A stretch of DNA of 64,000 nt, taken from the NCBI GenBank assembly GCA_043228905.1, contig JBHGNT010000001.1:17112001-17176000 (forward strand), given 5' to 3'. The stretch is from Azolla caroliniana. Taxonomy: Eukaryota; Plantae; Polypodiophyta. A program made the position numbers and the translations under genes. The notes below the pieces were generated by a model. The model searched no databases. It was not told the origin of the DNA and saw only the letters and a list, made by a program, of their open reading frames with translations. Shown one piece after another: positions 23,611 through 35,541 of the stretch (positions are counted from its first letter, which is position 1; each line of letters begins with the position of its first letter).

Positions 23611-25469
23611 TTTCTCTTCATAGTATCAATAAAACCCTCCAACACCACTAAAGAGGAGTCCACCATTCAACCTCTAGAGAAGTATCATCATTATGCTGAT
23701 GTGTTCGATAAAGTACAAGCCAATCCGCTTCCTCACCATCAACCGTATGATTGCCCCATCGATTTACAACCGGGAAACTAGCCACCATGGGGACTGATCT
23801 GCAATTTGTCACCAACCGAGCTAGAAGTCCTTCGAGCCTATATAGAGGAGAATTTGGCAAATAGGTTCATTCGACATTCAAAATCTCTTGTCGACGCACC
23901 CATTATCTTTGTGGAGAAAAGGATTGATCACTTTGTCTCATCATAGATTATCGTGGCTTGAATAAGGTCACCATCAAGAATAGGTACGAACTTCACCTTA
24001 TCTCAAGTCTTTTAGAATGAATCAATGGTGCAAGGTTCTTCACAAAGATTGACTTATGATGAGTATATAACTCATACGGATCCAACCAAGAGATGAATGG
24101 AAGACAAAGTTGTCGTGAAAAATCCATCACTACATGCGGCTCGTGAGGCGGAACTGTCGGGGTCTTGGACCAGAAGGATTCGAAGTTTGCACTAGCTTTA
24201 GCGAGAAAGGATTTATGATAGATTGAGAGAGATTGATATGGAGAGAGAGCGATTGAGACAAAGATTGAATGCTTGACTTTAGATTTGAGAGACAAGATTA
24301 ATACATCACCAAATGGGGTAATGAATTTTCTTACGTTTAATTTCTTGATTAATACCTCGCTCCCTTTGATCTTTTTTGTCCACTCTTTTATAGATCGCCC
24401 CATGCATATGATGCATGTGAGGGTACAAGACATGCATACAATGCATGGAATGCATGTGATGCATGTTTGCCATTTGGCGCTCATGCATTACATGTGATGC
24501 ATGATAAGCATGTCACTGATTCAAGCTCTAATATGAGAATTTACATGTGAAGGTATAATGATAAAAAAACATTTCTAGAGAAATGACTTGGCTTAGTGCT
24601 AAGTTTACTGCCTCCGATCCTGGAGTTGAAAGGCTCAAGCCTTGCTTGCATCCCTTTGTATACAAATATTTACTAGGTTTTTTAGTCTAGGTGATTTTGT
24701 TCGTTTCACACCGAAATAGTCCTGATCAACCTATGCGATCGATCCGTCTATTTGGTCCATCCGGTCCGCATCTAACCCGGTGATCTGGTCTATCCAATCC
24801 AATGATCCGATGATCCGATCCAGTCCAATTCCGGTGCTGGTGTTGGTCCCTATTGTCGTGTGGTTTTTCACACACAATATGAAAACTAGTAAAACAATTA
24901 TTTAAGATTAGCTTAATGTATTTATATGGGAAGATAGATGCCTTCAAGAGCTTCATAATGTATTTACTACGCATGAAACAGATGAACAAGTATGAAGTTA
25001 TGTGAGTGTGAAGTTTGAAGAAAAAAAAGAAAAGACAAAACTGTGAGATATCCCACATACATAGGACAACATTAGAACCCAGGATATATAAGGGAAACCA
25101 AAACATATTCATTCTATCAATGTGTGTAGCATAGAATGTTCAAGGTGACTTGGGCTACACTGTGTAGTGTGGACGCTTTGGGCGTACGCGCGTGTGCATA
25201 GTTGCGTGGACATTTTCGGACGTATGTGCGTGCGCACATTTTTGGACTTATGTGCGTGGCCATGTTTTCGGACGCGCGCGTGTCCAAGTTTCAGGCGTAC
25301 GCGTACACGGTGCGGTCGGGACCTGTGCATGCGTGGATGCGTACATTGTGCAGTCGGGACTTTTGCGCGCGGACGTGTCTACGATTTGGTTGCGACGCAC
25401 GTACGGATTGTGCACGGGCTAAACTTTATGGATGATTGGGTCATTTGGTTGAATTATACGGACGACCAC

Positions 25470-25577
25470 ATGCAACTAAAAGCCAAGGCCATGCAACTAA
25501 AAGTAAAAGGCATGCAACAAAAAATGGAAGCATACACCTAAAAGTAGAGGGCATGCAACTAAAAGTGGACATGCAAA
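25470..25577 (+). repeat. Degenerate ~21-bp tandem repeat (ATGCAACTAAAAG-containing) in the J LTR
   Basis: Successive ATGCAACTAAAAG/ATGCAACAAAAAA units. Confidence 0.7.
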
Positions 25578-26024
25578 GTAACATTGGGAAGGAGGATCAA
25601 CAAAGAGCTCGATATATGCTCCATTTTTTCCCTCTACTTATTTTTTTCCCTTCTTCTTCTCTCTCCAATTCTAACAACAAATTATCTCTCATATTGATAT
25701 CAAACTTTTGGCTTGGCTTGCTCAAACTTTTCTTGTAAAAAATTATCTCTCATATTCATATTGGACCACTCCTTATATGGTTGTTGGCTCCTTTCTTTAA
25801 AAAATTTATCTCTCATTTTCATCTCCAACCCATTGTAACAAGATTCTTGAATTATAAAAGAATCTATTTTCTTATGCAATAAACGAACTTTTCTCTCATG
25901 TATTCGTCTTATATGTGAATTTTACTTGTGTTGTACGTGTTGCACTAAATCCTTCTAGTCCAGAACCCCAGCGGTTCCGCCTCGCGATCCGCACATAGTG
26001 ACAGATTTTCACGACATAATAAAG

Positions 26025-26042
26025 TGGGGAACCCGACGTGAA
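26025..26042 (+). promoter_or_regulatory. PBS complementary to tRNA-Trp
   Basis: TGGGGAACCCGACGTGAA versus the recalled plant tRNA-Trp complement TGGTGAACCCGACGTGAA (17/18). Confidence 0.8.
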
Positions 26043-29000
26043 AGAGGCGGTAGGGAGGATATCAAGTGCAACGATGGCTTCCACAAGCGGAACACAAGGA
26101 GAAGAATTAACGAAAGGAATGGTGTCCGTAGTGGAATACATGCTGAAGGTGAGAGATGGAGAAGCTTTAATCGACAAAGCTGTTGATCGTACGGTCGAGA
26201 TAGCTAGATGATTTGGTCGCAAGAACATCACGGATTTTCTTGCTACCTATCGAAACAAGATGCAACAAAGGGATGTCAATGATCTCAAACAAATTTCTAG
26301 CTTCAAACATGTGGTGGAACCAGGGATCTGCGAGCGCATCATGGAGATCCAAAACGAGCATGCAACTTGGGCGGAGTTCGAAACGGCACTTCTCGCTGAA
26401 TACATGCTTGAAGACGCATCACGGATGACTCGACATACACTAATGTCTTGGATCGAGAAGAAAGGGAAGAATATGTGTGCGTCTGGAGTATATGCTGAAT
26501 TTGACCAGAAGTATAACCGACTTCTGAGTGTTGATCAACGAGTTCTCGATGGAGATAAAGTCCTACTATTCTTGACAACAGTGGATGCGAAAGATCGGCG
26601 TGAATTGGGTAACTTTTTGGAGGATGAAACACAACCAAATAGCTTGGTAGCGGGTTGGGCGGCAGTGAAGAAGGCTTGTAGCCATCTTGATAAGCGTCGA
26701 CAATGGCAAGAGGAAACTGATATGGAGAATCAACAATCGTGGAGGAAGGCACCTGTAACGATAGAGTCTAACAAGCCAATCAACAATTTCGACAAGAAAG
26801 CGATGGAGGAATCTATACTCGAAGAGCTCTCCAAGAAGTTTGAAGTAGTATCTCTAGCACTTAGATCAACGCGGGCCAAAGGGAAAAGAAGCGTATAGAT
26901 GTGTGTGGTGCGATAGCTTCGAGCACTCACGAAGGGAGTGCACTGAATTGCAAGACGCGATTCGCAAGAATGTCGTCTATTTGGACGGCAACATGATCCA
27001 CTCGAGCGAGACCCGAAAGCCACTACAAGTGAACTTCGGAAGAGGTGGGATGAAAAAGATTGTGGAAGAGGAAGATGCAAGGCATGTGGAAGCCATGCAC
27101 TATGCCGCATCGGCGGGAATACGAGTCGGAAGAGAGAATCTAAAGTCGATCAAGTCGGGACTTGGGTTTTGGCTAACAGTATTCGAGTGTGAAAAGAAAG
27201 AAAAAATAGATTTGGAGGATCTAAAACATGCTGATCGGAATGTGTGACAAGTTATCGGATGGTCGGATCCAGTCGACGATAACACAAGCTTTGCAGAGGT
27301 TGTGTGACAACTATGAAGCTATTGTTGAAGAGAAGAGGAAAAGAACTGGTGAAGAAGATGGCACATCAAAGCATCATAATACAAGGAATGCAGGGAAAGA
27401 AGGACAAACCCAACCTACGCCACGAAAAGAGATAGGAGAAACAAGCATGAAGCCCGGTGGTTCGAGCCAACCTTCTCGGATGGAAGTCGATGAATCTGTG
27501 AAGAAAGGAAAAGAATGAACGGTGCCAATTTCAAGCTAAGGTCGGACATAGAACAAACAACCGACTTGTGGAAGGTCCTTGAGGAGAAGGTTTTAGATAG
27601 TCATGTCGACCTTACTTTGAGAGAGTTACTTGGGATCGCTAAGAAGGAGTTCCATGATACTATAGTGGACTTGATTAAGTGGAAGCGGCAACAATCGGAT
27701 GACGAAGAGGTGAAAACAAGTGCCATAACCATGGCAAGATCGGAAGAGGAGGAGGAAGAAGAAGTGATGGCGGACAACCATTACTCTCGGCCTCATTGGG
27801 CAAGAGCGACAACGGAGACGCCAGTGAAGATCGAAGAGAAGAAAGAGACCGTGGTAGCCTTGATTGACCATGGTTCGGAGATCAACCTCATGTCGACCGA
27901 ATTCTACAAGAAAGGAAGATGGTCGATCAACACAAACCACAAATGGAAGATACGAGCGGCAATGAAGGCCACGAAAGACCTGTATGGAGCTTGCCACAAT
28001 GTTAAATTCACGATTGGAGATGTGGAGATGGATCAACACTTCTTCGTGCAAGACTCGACTTCACATCCCGTCATCCTAGGACAGCGGCCTTCATGTGAGT
28101 CAAGAGCCTTGACAATCAAAGATCTGTTCAGTTCCTTACGGTGCGGGCTAATCACGAAAGGAATCGAGATAGCCTTGGAGGTGAATCCTTGGATTTTTAA
28201 AGCGGACTATTGAAGCGCGGGGCACAAATAGTCCGAGCAATCATAAGTCCCCACAAGGAAGCAAAATAAGTGGATTGCAAGGAGAGGCAACATGTGTGAC
28301 ACCTAGTGGCACATGTAAACTAACACTACTCAATGAGAAGGACAAGCGTCGGATACAAGAATTTGAGAAGATGCTAAAAGAAGAAAGCATAATTGAAGAA
28401 GAACAATTTGTGTCTCATATTCTAGAGGAAGCCTCATTTAACGACACCATTGGCGAAATCGAGGAAGTTGTGAACTTGAGCTACCCTCACGATCAATATG
28501 TGATTTCGGTTAACTCCATCAACATGTACGCTATTATTGATGAATATCATCAAGGCAACTTGATGGAGGAAGTTGAAGTCAACACAAAATATAAAATGGT
28601 GGATGAAAAGATCAAGCCAGTTGCGGTTCTGCTACTGGAAGATAGCTGGCAGAAGATGAAGGAAGCTACTAATGATCCGAGCTTAAGGGATCCAAAGGCA
28701 ATAGGTCATGTCTTCACCAAAGAGACAAGTTGGAAGGGAAGATTTCCTTCACCCTAAAGAGGAGAGAATGTTCCGAGGAATGCTCGAGAGACATGGGAAA
28801 GCCTTTGCCTTCTCTCCACAAGAGATCAGATGTGCCGACCCGAAGATGATAGAGCCGATGGTGATTTTTACGGTGCCACATGTACCTTGGAACCTCAAGC
28901 CGATACCGGTTCCAAGAGCTCACATTCCGAAGTTGATTGAGCTTCTAAAGGAAAAGGTTAGGATGGGAATACTTGAGCCGTCCAATGCTCCCTACTCCAA

Positions 29001-30185
29001 TAGATGGTTTACGGTGCCGAAGAAAAACGGGTCCTTACGCTTTATTCAAGATCTCCAACCTGTCAACAAGGTGACGATCTGAAATGCCGGAATTGGTCCA
29101 AGTGTGGATGAATTTGCTGAAGCCTTCGCGGGAAGATCGATCTATTCCATTTGTGATCTCTACTCGGGCTATGATCAATTTCAATTGGCCGTCGATAGTA
29201 GAGACATAACGACAATGAGGACGCCAATAAGGTTGGTAAGGATGTGCACCTTACCCCAAGGTGCAACAAATTCCGTAGCCCACATGGTGAATGCCATGAA
29301 CAAAGTGTTGAGGGGTCCTATCCCTGATATCACAATGCCCTTCTTGGATGATATTCCAATCAAAGGATTATTGCTGGAAGAAAAGGATGAATCGAAAGAT
29401 GAAGATGGTTGCCGAAGATTTGTCATCGATCATATAGAGGATAGCGAGAAGGTGTTGCAAAAGCTTGAGGATGCAAATCTCATGTTTTTGGGAGAGAAGT
29501 CTGCATTCGGTCAACCAGAAATATTGGTAGTAGGACACTTATGTGGGTCTTATGGACGGAAGGCATCTCCATCCAAGTTGAACGCTATTCAAGAGATGAA
29601 AGAAGAATGTGTGTCTCAAACAAAGGTGCGAAGATTCTTGGGAGCATGTGCATTCTATCACATATGGATTCCACATTATGCTGATGTCACTGAACCATTG
29701 TATGGATTACTAAAGAAAAGGAAGAAGTTCGAGTGGCAAGATGAGCATACCTACGCGGTTCAAAAGCTAAAGAAACTATTATTGGAAGCTCCAGCACTGC
29801 GAAAAGCCGACTACACCGAAGGTACCCCGATATATGTGACGGTGGATACGAGCCCAACCGGAATAGGATGGGTGATAAACCAAGAAGACAAAGAAAAGAA
29901 TCGGTATGCAATCCGATTCGGTGCAAAGGTGTTAACCGAAAGACAAAGGAAGTATGCCCAAGTAAAGAGAGAGCTATGGGGAATAGTATCCGCGGTTAAA
30001 ACCAATCGTGACTACCTTATCGGAACAGAGGTCATAATCGAAACTAATTGTCTACCTATTCTCGGAATAATATTCGGTTGTGCTACACTGGATATCGCTA
30101 TGCTGCGATGTATTGCCTATATCAAGTCCCTCAACCCCGAGATTCGACATATAAATGGAAACCATAATGTGGTGACCGATATGTT

Positions 30186-33100
30186 TGTTAGGAAACAAGT
30201 CCCTCCGGATGGGAAGTGAAAAGATCAGTGATGTGGAGTACCCGGAAACGGAAGACCCGGTGAGAACCGGATGAGGAGTACCCGGCAACGGAAGACCCGG
30301 TGAGAACCAAATGACTTGTGCCCGGCAAGCGCCGGATGATGCAGGCCCGATGAGGAGTGCTCACCGGATGAAGGGACATATTCGTAAATATGTTTTCTGA
30401 GAGTCCATCGGGGCTATATTTGTAAATAGACGAAAATTCATATTAGTATAAATATGACTTAGGGCAAACTTAGAGCAGGTTGTTGTTGTCATTCTTGTTG
30501 GCGCAAGATTAGAGCATGATAGTGTACAGAGAGAGAGAGAGAGAAAGAGACGAAGAATTCGTATCTCTGTTGTAACCGCCGCCTGTGGCGAAGACAGTGA
30601 ACAAGAGGTCATTGCCTCTGTGTTCATTTATTGTATATTGTTACATAGTGATAGTTAGCAGTCAGTGGACTACCGTGGTTTTTCCTATGTTTGGGTTTTC
30701 CATGTAAACATCTTGTGTACTCTTCTCTCCATTGTGTTGTGCATTCATTCCCATTTTTTCTGTGTTTGATCCTAAGCTTGGTTGTAGCCGAGCGTGGTTC
30801 ATAGGGAGCGTGTAGTTCCTTGACAAAGTGGTATCAGAGCGAAACGACACAGAAAATGGACGAATCGTTGGGATGCATGTTCAAGCTCACCGGCTCCAAC
30901 TATTTGGTGTGGAAGTCGAAGATGAGGGACATGCTCGTGGTTAATGATCTTTGGTTGCCGGTTCAGTTCGGGGAGAAGAGACCGGACAAAATCGATGCCA
31001 CAATATGGGAGGTGATGCACATGAAGACAACGGCGTACATACGGTGCTTCATCGACATGAGTTTATACAACAACTTTAATGAAGAGAGCAAGGCTCATGA
31101 GCTCTGGGAGAAGATCGGCATTATGTTTCAAAACAAAAATGTTGTTAATCAGGTTTCGGTATTTCGGAAGTTAGTAAGACTCCGGTACCAAGATGGCTCT
31201 AGCATGGCAGAGCACATGAATGCCTTCTAGGGGCTGATCCACTAGGCAACATCATTGGAAGTACCTCTCGCCGACAAGATACTAGCACTACTCCTGCTCG
31301 ATTCCCTCCTAGATAGCTAGGAGACGTTGGTTGTCACTTTGGGCAACGCCAGGCCGGAAGGGAAACGGTTATCCCTAGCAAGAGTGAAGTCGAGCTTGCT
31401 AGATGAGGAGGTGCGTCGGAAAGATAAGGATACGAGCTCCGACTCCAAAGCGCTTCTTACCGAATCGGAACGCGGAAGACAAAGGAACCGTAGTCCCCAG
31501 AACCGGGAGAAGTCGGAGACATGGTCAAAGTCAAGGGGGAGGCCTACCTGCTTCTATTGCGGCAAGCTGGGACACTTCTAGAAAAACTGTCGACACTTCC
31601 AAAAGGACAAGGAAACAGACGGCACCGATTCGAAGTGGACACCGGACCGAAACGGTAAAGACCGGAGGGGGCCGGACCGGAAGGGAACGACGGCAATCGC
31701 GGCAAGTGAAGAAGATTTGATGCTCATCACCGAGGAGAGTGAGCTAAACCTTGCCAGCAACGAGATGACCTGGGTGGTCGACTCCGGAGCGTTGTTGCAC
31801 CTTACCCCGGACCGGGAATACTTCTCATCCTACTCAATTAGTGATCGCGGCTGTGTCCGGATGGGGAATGAAGGTACATGCCGAATTGTCGGCATAGGAG
31901 ACGTGTGGTTGACAATACCAACTGGATGCAAGTTGTTGTTGAAGGAAGTCTGACACGTTCCGAAGGTTCGTCTGAACCTGATATCAGCCGGTCGGCTAGA
32001 TGATGAAGGCTACACGGGTAGCATCCAGAACGGTGTTATGAAGTTCAACAAAGGGAGCCTGATTGTGGCTCGGGCCCGGAAGGTCCACACGTTGTACCTT
32101 ATGAATGCCCAGTTATGCCCGGAAGAAGTGAACGTGGCATCAGAGACTGCCGGTGAGCTGTGGCACAAAAGACTGTGTCACATGAGCGAGAAGGGGATGA
32201 AGAGGCTTGCAGACGACAATCTCATTCCAGTGAAGAACGTGAACTTGCAGAAGTGCATTGACTGTCTGGCCGGTAAACAAAACTAGACCTCCTTTCGATC
32301 GAGGCCATCGATGAGACGTAATGCACCACTGGATTTGGTGCATACTGATGTATGTCAAGTGGACACGAAGTCACATGCCGGATCGCAGTACTTCGTGACG
32401 TTCATAGATGACCACAGCCAGAAGTTGTGGGCCACACCATTGAAGACGAAGGATCAGGTGTTATCCGTCTTCAAAGAGCTCCACGCGAGAGTGGAAAGAG
32501 AAACTGGCCGGAAGCTGATGGCGGTTCGAGCAGATAATGGAGGTATATACCGGGGGTAGTTCGAGGAGTATTGTCGCTCGAAGGGAATCCGGCTCGAATT
32601 TACTGTGCCGAAGATGCCGGAACTAAACGAGCTGGCCGAGAGGATGAACCGGACCATAATGGATAGGGTCCGGAGTATGCTGGCACATGCAAAACTTCCC
32701 AAGAAGTTTTGGGCTGAGGCACTGTCGACGACGACATATGTGATAAACAGATCACCCTCAGTACCCTTGGACCGAGACACGCCACAGAGAGTCTGGACTG
32801 GTAAGGAAGTGTCCTACCGGCATTTGAAGGTATTCGGGTGTCTTGCGTATGTGCATGTAGCTAAGGACCAGAGAGGAAAACTAGATCCGAAGACCCGGCC
32901 ATGCATATTCCTTGGTTACGACGACAATGAGTTCGGCTACCGAGTGTGGGACCTGGTCGACAAGAAGGTATTTTGGAGTCGAGATATTATCTTCATGGAG
33001 GACAAGACGCTCGCCGACTGGGAGTTGGAGAAGAAGATAATGAACTCTGAGTCGACCGGTAAGGATCGATTCTACGATGAGCTGACCCAACCGGCAAGAG

Positions 33101-35208
33101 ACCGGTTAGCACTCGCGGAACCAGCCGGTTATGGTGAGGATACCAAACCGGCAGAAGAAGAAGTAGAGGAAGCGGAAACCGGATCTGGCCAAGACCCCGA
33201 ACTGGATTCGGATGAAGAGCAAATGGAGGAGCTGGTTACCGAAGCCCAGAGACGGAGATATCTTCTCAGAGAGAGAAAGGCCCCCCGGAGATTTCCGGAT
33301 GCAGAGCATGTGCTGCTAACCGATGAGGGGGAGCCAGAAAGCTTCGAAGAAGCGAAGGATGACGCCCACAGCCGCAAATGGTTAAGTGCCATGCAGGATG
33401 AGATGGATTCCCTGCATGAGAACCATACGTACGAATTGGTGGAGTTGCCGAAAGGAAAGCGGGCACTCCGAAACAAGTGGGTGTACAAGTTGAAACCGGG
33501 AGATGCCGGCAACCCCCCGAGATACAAAGCCAGGATCGTGGTGAAGGGGTTCCAGCAGAAGAAGGGTGTGGACTTCGACGAGATATTTGCCCCAGTAGTA
33601 AAGATGACCTTCATCCGGATGGTGCTGATTATAGCGGCAAGCATGGACCTCGAGGTAGAGCAGTTGGACGTGAAGACAACATTCCTTCACGGTGACCTCG
33701 AAGAGGAGATCTACATGCAGTAACCGGAAGGATTCGTGGAAAAAGGGAAGGAGCACCTGGTCTGCCGATTGAAGAAGAGCCTGTACGGACTGAAGCAGGC
33801 TCCCCGACAATGGTACCGGAAATTCGACTACTTCATGACCAATCAAGGGTACCACAAGACGCAGGCCGATCATTGCGTGTTTGTGAAGAAGTTCGAAGGA
33901 GGCGACTTCCTGATACTCCTTCTGTACGTGGACAACATGTTGATCATCGGACGGAACCAAGCCAAAATACGAATGCTGAAGAAGGCTCTCGACCGAACTT
34001 TCGCGATGAAAGACTTGGGTCCGGCAAGAAAGATGTTGGGGATGCATATCATCCGGAACCGGCCAACGAAGCAACTGTGGCTGTCACAGGAGAAATATGT
34101 GACAAAGGTGCTTCAGCGGTTCAACATGTTAGAAGCAAAACCGGTCGGATCGACACTCCCGGAAAACTGCAGATTATCCGGTAAGCAAAGCCGGAAGACG
34201 AAAGCAGAGAAGGCTGATATGATGAAGGTTCCATATGCCTCTGCCGTCGGGAGCTTAATGTACTCAATGGTGTGTACCCGACTGGATATAGGATACGCAG
34301 TCGGAGTGGTGAGCCGGTTTATGAGCAATCTCGGCAAGGAGCACTGGAATGCGGTCAAATGGATACTCCGGTACTTGAAGGGCACTTCAAATATGTGTCT
34401 CCGATTCGGCTCTGAAAAACCTCAACTTGACAATTTTACCGATTCGGACATGTCGGCTAATGTGGATACCAACCAGTCTACATCTGGGTATGTGATGACA
34501 TATGCAGGAGGAGTTGTTTCGTGGCAGTCGAGGCTGCAGAAGGCGGTTGCATTGTCATCCACGGAGGTGGAGTACATGGTGGTTGTGGAAGCTGGCAAGG
34601 AAATATTATTGATGAAGGACTTCATCGGAGAGCTCGGTATCCGGCAAGATGAATACCAGCTCTATTGTGACAGTCAAAGTGTCATCCACCTTGCTAAGAA
34701 TGTGTCCTACCATTCCCGGACGAAGCATATCAAGCGAAGGTATCACTGGATCCGGGAAAGAGTAGATGACCAGGAGTTCGCGCTGACGAAGATCCACACG
34801 GCCGAGAATGGGTCAGATATGTTGACCAAAGTTCTGATACCTGACAAGCTGGATGCATGTCGGAAGCGAATCGGACTAGTAAGACATCCCATGCCGGAGT
34901 GAAGGGGGAGTTTGTTAGGAAACAGGTCCCTCCGGATGGGAAGTGAAAAGAACAGTGATGTGGAGTACCCGGCAACGGAAGACCTGGTGAGAACCGAATG
35001 ACTTGTGCCCGGCAAGCGCCGGATGATGCAGGCCCGGTGAGGAGTGCTCACCGGATGAAGGGACATATTCGTAAATATGTTTTCTAAGAGTCCATCGGGG
35101 CTATATTTGTAAATAGCCAAAAAGTCATATTAGTATAAATATGACTTAGGGCAAACTTAGAGCAGGTTGTTGTCATTCTTGTTGGCGCAAGATTAGAGCG
35201 TAACAGTG

Positions 35209-35266
<58 letters not shown>

Positions 35267-35541
35267 CGAAGAGTTCGTATCTCTGTTGTAACCGCCGCCT
35301 ATGGCAAAGACAATGAACAAGAGGTCGTTGCCTTTGTGTTCATTTATTGTATATTGTTACATAGTGATAGTTAGCAGTCAGTGGACTGTCGTGGTTTTTC
35401 CTGTGTTTGGGTTTTCCACGTAAACATCCTGTGTACTCTTCTCTCCATTGTGTTATGCATTCATTCCCGTTTTTTCTGTGTTTGATCCTAAGCTTGATTG
35501 TGGCCGAGCGTGGTTCAGAGGGAGCGTGTAGTTCCTTGACA
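30186..35541 (+). mobile_element. Element I: full-length but pseudogenised Ty1/copia
   Basis: LTRs 30186-30825 and 34913-35541; TSD ATGTT at 30181-30185 and 35542-35546; PBS TGGTATCAGAGC 30829-30840; PPT GAAGGGGGAG 34901-34910. Confidence 0.95.
30856..34902 (+). pseudogene. Copia Gag-Pol of element I with several in-frame stops
   Basis: CFYCGKLGHF knuckle, WVVDSGA, HTDVC/ADNGG integrase, RT with YVDN, RNase H fragments. Confidence 0.92.
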
